Notes under the pieces: generated by a model
What the model was told of the DNA's origin: nothing
Database searches by the model: none
Seen by the model: only the letters and a program-made list of their open reading frames with translations
Position numbers and translations under genes: made by a program
NCBI GenBank assembly: GCA_965223545.1
Contig: OZ245006.1
Span: forward strand, 224,001 to 288,000
DNA: 64,000 nt
Reading direction: 5' to 3'
Origin: Planctomycetota bacterium
GTDB lineage: Bacteria > Planctomycetota > UBA1135 > UBA2386
In this document: piece by piece, positions 1-9,959 of the stretch
Layout: the number at the start of each line of letters is the position of its first letter
Position numbering within the stretch: the stretch's first letter is position 1

Positions 1-1
1 A

Positions 2-1951
2 GCCTCCACCCGGCCGGCAGCCGAGGACTCCACGAGCCCCGCGTTGCGCGCGGCCGTCACCGCCCTCGAGCCGCGCGGGCAGCCGCTGTCGCGACCGCCG
101 GCGCCCCGCTCCACCGCCGGCGCGGCAGCGGCCGCGCAGCCGGCGACGCCGCCTTCGTCGCTGTTGGCGGCCGGCAGCGGTCGCCGCGGCGCCGAGGCAC
201 CAGCCGCGGCGCACCACGCGACGCCGATGGCGACCGCGACCGGAGCGGCACCCGCAACCGAGCTGCGCGATGCCCCGCGGCCAGAGACCGCCAGCACCGC
301 CCAGGGAGACCGCGAACAGCGCGACGCATCACGCGCCGACGCGCCCGCGTCCACCGGTCCCGTCGCCCTCGAAGAGCTCGGGCCGCGCCGGGGTGCCGCC
401 TCGCTGGCGGCGCCGATCCGCGACGGGGCCGGAGCGGCGGCGCCCGACGCCGCCGACATCGCAGCCCCACCAGCCAGCTCCCTGGCGCGCGCCGACCGCA
501 CGCGGCGGCCGGGAGCGCGCGCGCCCGCGCGCCGAGACGCAGCTCCGTCCGGGGCGCCGGCCGCGGCCGTGCCGTCTCTGCGCGATGGCCTCGACCGCCT
601 CGCCTCGGGGCTGGGCGAGCAAACCCCACGCGAGGGCCGCGCCGACGCACGCGGCCTCAACCCGGTCGCCCTGCAGGTCGAGCGCGGTCGAGAGAGCCGC
701 CGTGAGCCAGGACGCGCCATGCGGCGCAACGTGACGGCGGCGCGCGGCCGCGCCGGCGGGGTTCGGCCGCCGGGCTCGCTGCTGGCGGCCGCGCCGCGGC
801 AGACGCACACCACGGCACCGCGCACCGTCGCGGCCGAGCTGCCCTCGGTCTTCGACAACCGGTTCGGGGTGAAGAAGACCGAAGCACTCGAACGCTTCGG
901 CGGCACTACCGAGACCGAGCGCGCCGTGCAGCGCGGGCTGGCCTACCTGGCGCGAATCCAGCGCGCCGACGGTGGCTGGGGCCGGCGCGTTCCCGATGAG
1001 AAGTACGGCGACGTCACCATCGGCAAGACCGGCCTGTGCCTGCTCGCGTTCTTGGGCGCCGGCCACTTGCCGAGTGGCGACACCCGATACGCGGCCGTCG
1101 CCGCCCGCGCCGTCGAGTACTTGGTGCGCCGGCAGGACGCCCGCACCGGCGCCATCGGCCGCACTTCGTCCTACGGCCACGGCATCGCCAGCTACGCGCT
1201 CGCCGAATGCCACGCGCTCGACCCCGACCTCGGCCTCGAGCCCGTGGTGGTCGAAGCGATGCGCTGGATCCTCGCCAACCAGAATCACGGGCGCGATCCG
1301 CGCAGCCGCGGCGGGTGGGGCTACTTCTCCACCGTGCTCAGCCCAGAAGACAGCTTTGCCCGCACGTCGGTCAGCGTGTGGATGGTGATGGCACTCGAGT
1401 CGGCCAAGATCTCCGGCATTCGGGTCCCCGAGGACGCCATGCGGAGCTCCGACGCCTACCTGCGCAACCAGTGGAGCTCCAGGCGCGGCTACTTCTTCTA
1501 CAACCAGAATCCTCGCCGGCTGAGCACTGACTGGCCAACCTTGCCCGCGTCGACCCCAGCGGCCGCCTTCGCGCTGCTGCTGCGCGGTGCCTCACCGACC
1601 GAGCGCACCCTGCGCGGGGCGTTGCAGTACATCGTGCAGCGCCGACCACGGGTCTACGAGCGCCCGACCAACGACGACTTCGTCCACCGCGCCGCCGGCA
1701 ACGTCTACTTCTGGTACTACGGCAGCCTCGCCTGCCTGCTCGCGGGCGGCGACGCGTGGGAGCGGTGGAACGCCGCCCTCAAGGTGATCCTGCCCGAGGC
1801 GCAGCGCGACGATGGCTCCTGGCAGCCGATCGACCCGTACGCGGAAATGGCGCAGGACACGGATCGGGACGCGGCCTACACGACGGCGATGTGCGTGTTG
1901 AGTCTGGAGGTGTACTACCGCTACTTCACGCCGCTGTTGCAGCGCGGGTAA
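2..1951 (+). CDS. Prenyltransferase/squalene-oxidase-repeat (alpha-alpha toroid) protein with long Ala/Pro-rich N-terminal region; 5'-truncated by the window
   Basis: Frame is open from position 2. Repeated QxxxGxW motifs (QRADGGWG, QRDDGSW), 'ERAVQRGLAYLARIQ', 'YFWYYGSLA' and C-terminal 'YTTAMCVLSLEVYYRY'. Confidence 0.75.
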   Translation, partial: ASTRPAAEDSTSPALRAAVTALEPRGQPLSRPPAPRSTAGAAAAAQPATPPSSLLAAGSGRRGAEAPAAAHHATPMATATGAAPATELRDAPRPETASTAQGDREQRDASRADAPASTGPVALEELGPRRGAASLAAPIRDGAGAAAPDAADIAAPPASSLARADRTRRPGARAPARRDAAPSGAPAAAVPSLRDGLDRLASGLGEQTPREGRADARGLNPVALQVERGRESRREPGRAMRRNVTAARGRAGGVRPPGSLLAAAPRQTHTTAPRTVAAELPSVFDNRFGVKKTEALERFGGTTETERAVQRGLAYLARIQRADGGWGRRVPDEKYGDVTIGKTGLCLLAFLGAGHLPSGDTRYAAVAARAVEYLVRRQDARTGAIGRTSSYGHGIASYALAECHALDPDLGLEPVVVEAMRWILANQNHGRDPRSRGGWGYFSTVLSPEDSFARTSVSVWMVMALESAKISGIRVPEDAMRSSDAYLRNQWSSRRGYFFYNQNPRRLSTDWPTLPASTPAAAFALLLRGASPTERTLRGALQYIVQRRPRVYERPTNDDFVHRAAGNVYFWYYGSLACLLAGGDAWERWNAALKVILPEAQRDDGSWQPIDPYAEMAQDTDRDAAYTTAMCVLSLEVYYRYFTPLLQRG

Positions 1952-1992
1952 ACCGCCGCGTTCGGAGGTCGGTACGCCGGCCTCGGGTGCGG

Positions 1993-4569
1993 TCAGCGAA
2001 CCGTGTCGAAGACGACGTTGGTGAGCCGGCCTCCGCCCGTTTGGTCCACCATCAGCGCCTGCCCAAAGAACGTGCGGCCGACGATTCCCGCAGTCGCGGG
2101 GATGACCAGCAATGTGGTCGTCTGTCCAGAAACCTGCGGAATCGGCAGTGGAGGCAGGGGGCTCGCGATGGTGGGATCCAAGCCCAGGATGCCCAGACCG
2201 CCGAGTGGAATCCGAGCGGCTCGGGCGGAAAGAAAGAAGAACGCCGTGAACGGCTGCCCGACAGGGTTGTGACGGGCGTAGAAATCGACCAGGTAGCCGG
2301 CGCCCGCATAGGCACGGTCGCGTGGGACGACCTGCCGCAGTAGGTTCAGCAACAAGGGATTCCAAGCGCCGTCGGCGGCGAAGACCAGATCCGCATCCCC
2401 GTCGCCATCGAGATCCCCAGCCGCCAATCCCTCCGTTAGGACGGTGGGTACCGGCAGTCGGAAGGCCTCGTCGGTGAAGTTCCCATTACCGTCGTTGATG
2501 TACACGCGGCTGCCTCCCCGGTTGCCGACAACAAGGTCCAGGCTTCCATTGTTGTCGATGTCAACCAAGAGCATCGCCCTGGTTGTCTTTTGGTTGGCAA
2601 GCATCTGGGCGCCCGTAGCGTCGCTGTAGCGACCCTGCCCATCATTCAAGTACAACCGGTCATGTAGCGCCCCACCGAGAGTGGCGTCGAGGTCGCCGTC
2701 ACCATCGACGTCACCCAGCGCGACGCACTGGGTACCGGCCGGATTGGCCGGCAGATGCGTCGCGGTGACATCCACGAAGGAACCCCCTTGATTGAGCAAG
2801 AGGCGGTCGAGACCTCGGTTGCCAATCAGCAAATCGGGCGCGCCGTCGCCGTCGACGTCCCCGAAAGCCAAGGCGTACGTATGGTCAGCAAAGTCGGGGA
2901 GCCGCCCGATGCTGCTGTCGACGAACACGCCGGCAGCGTTCAGATACAGCGCGTTGCGCTCCCGACGGTCGTTGCCGACGACGAGGTCGAGGTCGCCGTC
3001 GCCGTCTACGTCCGCCACTGCCAGCGCCTGGGTCGAATCCGCGATCGCCGGCAGCCGCGCTGCGGTCACATCGACAAACTGTCCCGCGCCAACGTTCAAT
3101 AACAGACGGTTCTGTTGTTGCTCGTTGCCCACCAGCAAGTCTGGGTCACCGTCCTGATCGATGTCGGCGAGCACGACAGCCTGACTGTTGTCGGCACTAT
3201 TGCTCAGCGCAAAGAACGGATCATCGCGAAACCGCCCCCTCCCGTCGTTGAGATACAAGCGATCATGCCGGCCATTATTGGCGATGACTACATCCAACGA
3301 CCCATCGCCGTCCACGTCCCCCGCTGCCACCGCTCTGGATGCATCGACATCCCCAGGCAGGCTGCGGCAGGCCGTCCCCTCTCGAAAAGTGCCATCTCCC
3401 TGCCCCAGCCAAATCACAGATCCCGGGTAGTCGACCTCGATGAGGTCCAGGTTGCCGTCACCGTTCAGATCTCCTGAAGAAAAGAGATCCCCACGACCCG
3501 AACACATGAGCGGCCTTTGCGCACTACTGAAACCGCCGGTTCCGTCGCTCTCGAAATAGCTGGCGCAACCTGACGACCCCACTTTCGTGTAGTAGCTGTC
3601 ATAGATGTTGCCAAAGATCAGATCTGCGTCGCCGTCCTTGTCGAAATCCTCCATGAGGACGGTAAAGCAGAACTCACCTTCGCGGACGAGCGCGCTCGAC
3701 GCATCTGCGAACACACCGCGACCATCGTTCAAATACAAGTAGTTCGACCGCGAAAAGAACGGAAAGAGGTATGCGTCCGGATCAACGATTGCCAAGTCGA
3801 GATCGCCGTCGCGATCGACATCTCCCAACTGGACAGCGTAGGCTGTCAGAAAGAGTGACGGCATTTGCGGGGTAGCGTCCGTGAAGGCAGCAGCACCGTT
3901 GTTGAGGAACAGGCGGACGCCGCCAGAGAATCCGACCACGACATCCACATCGGAGTCTCCGTCAACGTCCCCTGCGGTCATGGAGATGGCCGAGCCCCAC
4001 GCATTCTGAGATGCCTGCGTAAACACTCCGTGACCGCTGTTGATGTAGACCCTGCCAGTACCTGCCCGACTCACCTGGACAATGTCCTGGTCACCGTCTC
4101 CATCCAAGTCACGGAAGACGAGTCCCGTAGTGTCTTCGCGCAACCGCGGGATTCGCGACGCGGTTTCGTCCCGGAAGGTGCCGCCACCTTGGTTGACGAG
4201 GAGAAGATTCTCGGCTCGGGTGCCGACAGCGATGTCGAGATCCGCATCGCCATCGATGTCCGCCATGGCAATGACCATCACGGTCGATGCTGCCTGGGCT
4301 TGAATCAGGGGAGCGTGGGAGAACACTCCGGTGCCGTCGTTCAGCGACAAGCCAAGTGTCTGCAACCATCCGGTGACGATGTCCGTATCGCCATCGCCGT
4401 CGACGTCACCGAACGCCGCTTCGAAGAAGAACGCCGGCGGGTTGTTTGGCAGCTCGAGCTCGGCGAACTGGGGCTGCGCCCACCCGGTGGACGCCAGATA
4501 CGCGAGCAACACGGGGGCAAGGACGGAAGCGGCACAACCGTTGTTCTCCGGAGTCGGTCGACTGCTCAT
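1993..4569 (-). CDS. Secreted FG-GAP/VCBS-repeat protein
   Basis: N-terminal signal-like segment, many GDVDGDGDxD Ca-binding repeats with LYLNDGxGxF spacers, distinct C-terminal domain. Confidence 0.85.
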   Translation of the reverse strand: MSSRPTPENNGCAASVLAPVLLAYLASTGWAQPQFAELELPNNPPAFFFEAAFGDVDGDGDTDIVTGWLQTLGLSLNDGTGVFSHAPLIQAQAASTVMVIAMADIDGDADLDIAVGTRAENLLLVNQGGGTFRDETASRIPRLREDTTGLVFRDLDGDGDQDIVQVSRAGTGRVYINSGHGVFTQASQNAWGSAISMTAGDVDGDSDVDVVVGFSGGVRLFLNNGAAAFTDATPQMPSLFLTAYAVQLGDVDRDGDLDLAIVDPDAYLFPFFSRSNYLYLNDGRGVFADASSALVREGEFCFTVLMEDFDKDGDADLIFGNIYDSYYTKVGSSGCASYFESDGTGGFSSAQRPLMCSGRGDLFSSGDLNGDGNLDLIEVDYPGSVIWLGQGDGTFREGTACRSLPGDVDASRAVAAGDVDGDGSLDVVIANNGRHDRLYLNDGRGRFRDDPFFALSNSADNSQAVVLADIDQDGDPDLLVGNEQQQNRLLLNVGAGQFVDVTAARLPAIADSTQALAVADVDGDGDLDLVVGNDRRERNALYLNAAGVFVDSSIGRLPDFADHTYALAFGDVDGDGAPDLLIGNRGLDRLLLNQGGSFVDVTATHLPANPAGTQCVALGDVDGDGDLDATLGGALHDRLYLNDGQGRYSDATGAQMLANQKTTRAMLLVDIDNNGSLDLVVGNRGGSRVYINDGNGNFTDEAFRLPVPTVLTEGLAAGDLDGDGDADLVFAADGAWNPLLLNLLRQVVPRDRAYAGAGYLVDFYARHNPVGQPFTAFFFLSARAARIPLGGLGILGLDPTIASPLPPLPIPQVSGQTTTLLVIPATAGIVGRTFFGQALMVDQTGGGRLTNVVFDTVR

Positions 4570-4709
4570 GGATCAGCACCTTCGAGGGAGGGGAGCGGGT
4601 GACTCCTCCCTTTGGCCCCAGACAGGCAAGGCGCTTCGCGCTTTCCCGAGTTCCTCTGCGCGTCACTGCTCTCGACGGCGACGCCCGAACGCGGCCACGG
4701 CCGCGACCC

Positions 4710-5273
4710 TCAGACCGAGATCACCTCGACCTCTTCGTCGACCTCGGTCTGGATCAGGCTCTGGATCGCGTGCAGTGTGCCGGCCACCGAGCTCGGGCAC
4801 GACCCGCAGGCGCCCTGGTAGCGGATGTGGAGGGTCTTGCCCTCCAGCGCCATCACCTCGAGGCCGCCGCCGTCGCCGGCGAGCGCGGGGCGGACGCGGT
4901 CGTCGAGCAGGTCGACGATCTTGGCCAGTAGCTCGGGATCGCCGTTGCCGGTGGGTACCGAGCCGACCGGCGCCTCGGCCGGCGCGGCGCCGGCGGGGTC
5001 GAGGGCGGGCGCCTCGGCCTCCTCGAGCACCTTGACGACGGCGTCGTGGACCGCGCGCCAGTCGGCGCTGGCCACCATGCTGACGGTGACGAAGTTGTCG
5101 CAGATGAACACCGTCTCGACGCCCTCGATGGCGAAGACCGGCTCCGCCAGGGCATCGCCCTTGGCCTCCTCGGCGCGGGCGTAGTTCTTGACGCCGCTCG
5201 CCAGCAGCTGGCCGTCGAGGACGAACTTGAAGGCGTTGGGATTGGGGGTGGGCTGGACGCTGAGGACTTTCAT
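4710..5273 (-). CDS. NifU-family Fe-S cluster carrier (Nfu_N plus NifU C-terminal domain)
   Basis: N-terminal 'QPTPNPNAFKF'; C-terminal 'VRPALAGDGG...YQGACGSCPSS' with CxxC. Start placed at ATG 5273. Confidence 0.9.
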   Translation of the reverse strand: MKVLSVQPTPNPNAFKFVLDGQLLASGVKNYARAEEAKGDALAEPVFAIEGVETVFICDNFVTVSMVASADWRAVHDAVVKVLEEAEAPALDPAGAAPAEAPVGSVPTGNGDPELLAKIVDLLDDRVRPALAGDGGGLEVMALEGKTLHIRYQGACGSCPSSVAGTLHAIQSLIQTEVDEEVEVISV

Positions 5274-5307
5274 GGCTCGACCGGCAATATAGGACAAGGA
5301 AACGGCC

Positions 5308-8300
5308 TCAGTGCAGGAGATCCTGAGTCGCGGCAGGGGGCGTGTTGGTGATGCGCACGGGCTTCCACAGCCCGCCCGCGCCCTGGTGGTCGACCACCCG
5401 CAGCACGAGCTGGTTGGGCCCGTCCCAGCGCACCGCGGGGGTCAGCTCGACCGCCGTGCGGACCAGCCACACGGTCTCGCCGGTGTCGGGATCGCCGTGC
5501 CGGCCGAGCTCCGTCCCGTTCAGGAACAGGCGGTACGAGTCGTCGACTCCGTCCAGCACGGCGCTGATCGGCTGGCCTTGCCAAGCGGCCGGCAGCTCCA
5601 CGGTCGTGCGGTACCAGCCGATCCCATCCGCCCCCTCGAAGCCCTGCGACTCCCAGTGCGCGCCAGCGCGCACCGCACGCCAACCGTCCTCTGGCGCCGT
5701 GCCCCCGGCCCAGCCGTCGGCCATGCCGCGGTCGTCCGGGTCCAGGCGCAGCTCCCACTCCGGCACTTCCACCGACTCGGCGACAGCCTCCGCGCGCAAG
5801 CCGTCGACCTGGACCGCGGTGAGCGCGGCCGAGGGCGGTGCCGACGCGGTGAGATAGGCGGCCAGACAGCGCTCGACGTAGCGCCCGGCGTCGGTGCGCC
5901 AATCCAGGGTCGACACCAGCAGCCGCCCGTCCCCGACCCGCGTCTCCGCGACCAGGGGGTGGAAGCCGACGTCGCGCCGGTCGTGGGTGTCCCAGACCGA
6001 GAGCAGCGGCGCGAGCCCGTCGTGCAGCGGGGCGACGTCCAGCACCCGGCCGGTCTCGAGATCGGCGGTCTGCAGCTCGCGCAGCAGCGCGGCCGGCACG
6101 TGGCGCGCCAGAGCCGGCGGCGGGGACGCGATCGCCGCGCCCCGCAGAAACCAAGTCGTCTTGCTGCGCAGGCTGTGCGACCCGCCGGCCGCGCGGTGCA
6201 GCACGCGGCCGCCCGCGTCGAGCACCGCCCACGCCGCGGCGTCGAGCGCCTCGGTGACGTGCACCGGAGCGGCCGGCGCCGGCGGCACCGCCGGCAGCAC
6301 CCACAGATCCCACGCGTTGGTGGCGTGCGAGCCCCACATCGCGCGCAGGCGCACGCGACGGGGGCCGTTGGTGGCGCGCAGCCGCAGTCGGACGACCTTC
6401 GTTTCCGACACCTCGCCGGGCTGCAGCTGCAACGTCCCGAGCTCGCGCAAGCCGCCCGGCTCACCGTCGACGCGGACGGCCAGGGTCGCCCGCAGCGGTC
6501 GCCGGCCGTGGTGCGCGACCCGGAGCGGCAACTCGACTTCGCCTTCGAAGAACGCGCGCTGCTCCTCCGGCAGATCCAGCGCGACCATCGTCGCACCGTG
6601 CCAAGCCCACTCGGCGGCACTCCACTTGGGACGGCCCAAGTCGTCCAGCAACCCCATCCGCGCCAGCGGGAAGTCGCGCACCACCGAGACGACGTAGCCG
6701 GCGTCGGGCACTGCCAGCCGCAGGCGCTCGATCTGCAGCTTGCGGTTGCGCATCGCGTAGTCGCGCGATTCGGCCACCAGCGCACGCCGCGCCCGCGGCC
6801 CGAAGTGCCGCTCGACCCACTCCTCGAAGGCCGGCTGCGCCGGCAGGCACCACGGCGCCCACCACGCATCCGCCGGCGCCTCGCGCCGCCACGCCTCGGC
6901 GTCGAACCAGGTGTCGGAGGCGATGCACTCACCGAGCAGCAGCGGCTTGTCGCCGTGCTCGTCGATGTAGGCATCGAGCTCGGCCAGCTTGCCGGCCCAC
7001 CAGCGGTTGTTGCCGTAAGGGTGGTCGTCGTAGAAGTCGTGCGTCACGCTCCACGAGATCCACGCGCTGTTGTCGTTGACCAGCGTGTTGGGCACGCGCT
7101 CGTGGCAGCGCTCGTACAGCTCGCGCAGCACCTCGTGATCGACGTCCGCCCCGGTCTCGCAGGTGAGGCTGCGGAACGCGACGCTCGGATGGCTGCGATC
7201 GTGGGCGAAGAACTCGTCGAACTCGGCACCCAGCGCTGCGCGCTGCGGCGCGGTCAGGTCGGCGTGCCAGGTCGGATACTCCTGCCACACCAGCATGCCG
7301 ATCTCGTCACACAGCTCGTAGAACGCGCGCGGCGGCACCCACAGGCAGCACTTCACCGCGTTGAAGCCGAGCGAGCGCAGGTACTCCAGCTCACCGCGCC
7401 ACGCGGCGCGGTCGCGGATCGGCGCGTAGCGCGGCGGACTGAAGCCCCAGTGCAGCACCGCGCGCAGCTGCAGCGGCACGCCGTTCCACAGCACCCGGCG
7501 ACCGTCTGCCTGCAGATGGCGGAAGCCGACCCGGCGCTCGAGCGCATCGAGCTCCACTTGGCGCGCGGCGTCGAACAGGCGCACCACGGCGCGATAGAGG
7601 TGCGGTGACTCCGGCGACCAGGGCCGGGGAGCGTCGACCTCGAGGTCGAACCGCGCCGCCGCGCCGTCGACCGCTTCTCTACGCACGGCGACGCGCTGCG
7701 CCCCGTCCCACAGCGCCACTTCGACCTCGAGCTGCGCCCCGGCCTTGCCGCGCACACAGGGCACCTCGATGCGCAGCGCATTCGCCGCGCCATCGCCGAA
7801 CAACAGCAGTCCGAAGTCGTCGATCACCGCGTCGTCGGCGACGCGCAGCCGCGGCGTGCGCCACAGGCCGCCGAAGTGCGGCTGGATCACCGGCAGGAAC
7901 CCCTGCGTGTTGTGCCCCACGTGCTCGTCGACGCGCAGCTCCAGGCGGTCGCTGCCATCGAACCGCGCGACCCCATCGAGGGCGACGCGAAACGGCGTCC
8001 ACGCCCCGGTGTGCTGCGCCAGCCGCTCGCCGTTGACGAACACTTCGGTCACGGTGGCGGCCCCGGGGCACTCGAGCCACACCCGCCGCCCCTGCCACTC
8101 GGGCCGGTGCGGCAGCGCGCGCCGGTACCAGGCGATGCCGTCGAAGGACGGCTCGAGCTGCTCCTCGAACGTGCCGGGCACCGCCGCCGGCCGGAATGCC
8201 TCGGCGGCGGGTCGCTGCCCGGGGTCGCGCTCGGCAGCGACGCTCCAACGGTCCGGCAGGGGGACCCGCTGCGGCGCGGTGGCGAGCAGCACGAGGGCGG

Positions 8301-8316
8301 CGACGGACGTCAGCAT
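5308..8316 (-). CDS. Secreted glycoside hydrolase family 2-like protein with extra C-terminal sugar-binding domain
   Basis: Signal peptide; 'GIAWYRR', 'RRVGFR', 'LGFNAVK', 'FYELCDEIGMLVWQE', 'SHPSV'; second jelly-roll 'GIGWYRT...GGLWKPV' at the C-terminus. Confidence 0.75.
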   Translation of the reverse strand: MLTSVAALVLLATAPQRVPLPDRWSVAAERDPGQRPAAEAFRPAAVPGTFEEQLEPSFDGIAWYRRALPHRPEWQGRRVWLECPGAATVTEVFVNGERLAQHTGAWTPFRVALDGVARFDGSDRLELRVDEHVGHNTQGFLPVIQPHFGGLWRTPRLRVADDAVIDDFGLLLFGDGAANALRIEVPCVRGKAGAQLEVEVALWDGAQRVAVRREAVDGAAARFDLEVDAPRPWSPESPHLYRAVVRLFDAARQVELDALERRVGFRHLQADGRRVLWNGVPLQLRAVLHWGFSPPRYAPIRDRAAWRGELEYLRSLGFNAVKCCLWVPPRAFYELCDEIGMLVWQEYPTWHADLTAPQRAALGAEFDEFFAHDRSHPSVAFRSLTCETGADVDHEVLRELYERCHERVPNTLVNDNSAWISWSVTHDFYDDHPYGNNRWWAGKLAELDAYIDEHGDKPLLLGECIASDTWFDAEAWRREAPADAWWAPWCLPAQPAFEEWVERHFGPRARRALVAESRDYAMRNRKLQIERLRLAVPDAGYVVSVVRDFPLARMGLLDDLGRPKWSAAEWAWHGATMVALDLPEEQRAFFEGEVELPLRVAHHGRRPLRATLAVRVDGEPGGLRELGTLQLQPGEVSETKVVRLRLRATNGPRRVRLRAMWGSHATNAWDLWVLPAVPPAPAAPVHVTEALDAAAWAVLDAGGRVLHRAAGGSHSLRSKTTWFLRGAAIASPPPALARHVPAALLRELQTADLETGRVLDVAPLHDGLAPLLSVWDTHDRRDVGFHPLVAETRVGDGRLLVSTLDWRTDAGRYVERCLAAYLTASAPPSAALTAVQVDGLRAEAVAESVEVPEWELRLDPDDRGMADGWAGGTAPEDGWRAVRAGAHWESQGFEGADGIGWYRTTVELPAAWQGQPISAVLDGVDDSYRLFLNGTELGRHGDPDTGETVWLVRTAVELTPAVRWDGPNQLVLRVVDHQGAGGLWKPVRITNTPPAATQDLLH

Positions 8317-8340
8317 GGCCCCATACCTTTAGCCGATGGC

Positions 8341-9852
8341 TCAGCCGTAGACGCGCGCGACCTTGTCCCGCAAACCATCGAGCAGCGCCGTCGTGCTCGG
8401 CGGAGCCCCGGTCGCGCGCTCGCACAGCTGGGCCGGCCGGTCGGTCTGGCCGCGGGCGTGCACGTGCTCGGCGAGCCAACCGAGCAAGCCGCCGAACTCG
8501 CCGCGGGCGAGGGCCTCGTCGAGGCCGCCGAGAGCGCGGTCCGCGGCGGCGTACAGCTGCGCCGCGTAGATGTTGCCCAGGCTGTAGGTCGGGAAGTAGC
8601 CGAACATGCCGCACGACCAATGCACGTCCTGCAGGCAGCCCTGCGCGTCGTTCTCGACCTCGAGTCCCAACAGGTCGGCGTAGCCGCGATTCCACGCCGC
8701 CGACAGATCGGCGACCTCGAGGTCGCCGCGCAGCAGCGCCAGCTCGAGCTCGAAGCGCACCATGACGTGCAGGTTGTAGGTGACCTCGTCCGCCTCGACG
8801 CGGATCGGCTGCGCACGCACCAGGTTGGCACACCGCCACACCTCATCGACTCCGCACGGCACGACGGCAGCGCCGAAGAACCGTTCCAGCAGCGGGTGGC
8901 ACCAAGTCCAAAAGGCGCGCGACCGCCCGACCTGGTTCTCCCACAACCGGCTCTGGCTCTCGTGGATGCCGAGCGACACGGCCTGCCCGCGCGGCGTGCC
9001 GAAGTGCTCGGCCGGCAAGCCCTGCTCGTACATGCCATGGCCGGCCTCATGCATGGTCGAGCCCAGCGCGTCGAGCACGTTGTCGTCGGCAAACCGCGTC
9101 GTGATCCGCACGTCACCGGGACCGATCGGAATCGAGAACGGATGCGTCGAGCGATCCAGCCGCCCCCGATCGAAGTCGAACCCCAGACAGCCGACGACGT
9201 GGCGGACGAACGCCTCCTGCTGGGCGACCGGCAACCGCAGCCGCACCAGCCGATCGTCCGGCTGCGGCGCGCCACGGGCGGTGTCGACCAGCTCGACCAG
9301 CGGGCCACGCATCGACGCGAACAGAGTGTGCACCCCGGCGGCGGTCATGCCCGGCTCGTACTCGTCGGCCAGTGCATCCCAGGGCTCGGCATGCGCGTCG
9401 CCGCGCAGGCACGCCGCGCGCTGCCGCGCCAGCCCGACCAACTTGCTCAGGTGCGGCTCGAACTGGGCGAAGTCCGCCGCCTGGCGCGCCGCCGCCCAAG
9501 CGTGCTGGGCGCGGCTCGTGGTCTCGGTCCACTCCGTCACCAGCTCCACCGGCAGGCGGATCGCGCGCTCGTAATCGCGCCGCAGCTCGCGCACGTTGAC
9601 CGCTGCCACACCCTCCGCGTCGGCCAGCAGCGCCGCGTCGGCCTCACACGCCGAAAGCGCGTCGCCGACCTCGGCGGCGACGGCCAGCTCGTGCGCCATC
9701 CGCGCCAGCTGGCCGAGCTGACGGGCGCGGTGCTCGACGCCCGCGGCGGGCATCTGCGTCTCCTGGTCCCAGCTGAGCACCGAGGCAGTGGACTCGAGCA
9801 GCGCGACCTCGGCGCGGCGCGCGATGAGCTCTCGATAGGCAGAATCGACCAT
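8341..9852 (-). CDS. Carboxypeptidase M32 (Taq-like)
   Basis: HEAGH zinc motif, 'HESQSRLWEN', 'HPF', 'QDVHW', 'GYFPTY'. Confidence 0.95.
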   Translation of the reverse strand: MVDSAYRELIARRAEVALLESTASVLSWDQETQMPAAGVEHRARQLGQLARMAHELAVAAEVGDALSACEADAALLADAEGVAAVNVRELRRDYERAIRLPVELVTEWTETTSRAQHAWAAARQAADFAQFEPHLSKLVGLARQRAACLRGDAHAEPWDALADEYEPGMTAAGVHTLFASMRGPLVELVDTARGAPQPDDRLVRLRLPVAQQEAFVRHVVGCLGFDFDRGRLDRSTHPFSIPIGPGDVRITTRFADDNVLDALGSTMHEAGHGMYEQGLPAEHFGTPRGQAVSLGIHESQSRLWENQVGRSRAFWTWCHPLLERFFGAAVVPCGVDEVWRCANLVRAQPIRVEADEVTYNLHVMVRFELELALLRGDLEVADLSAAWNRGYADLLGLEVENDAQGCLQDVHWSCGMFGYFPTYSLGNIYAAQLYAAADRALGGLDEALARGEFGGLLGWLAEHVHARGQTDRPAQLCERATGAPPSTTALLDGLRDKVARVYG

Positions 9853-9959
9853 GACAACCCGATGACGGGGCCGCGGCACCCACCGCGGCCCTGGCCCGTT
9901 GGCGGCCGCAGGCTACACTACACGGCGTGCCGAGGCCCGCATCCAGACCTCGAGAGCGC

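Noticed and set aside
4689..4709. CGCGGCCACGGCCGCGACC resembling the reverse-complement end of the TGAG element
   Set aside because: Only a short GC hairpin right after the NifU-like stop; other element blocks are absent, so it is more likely a terminator or chance.
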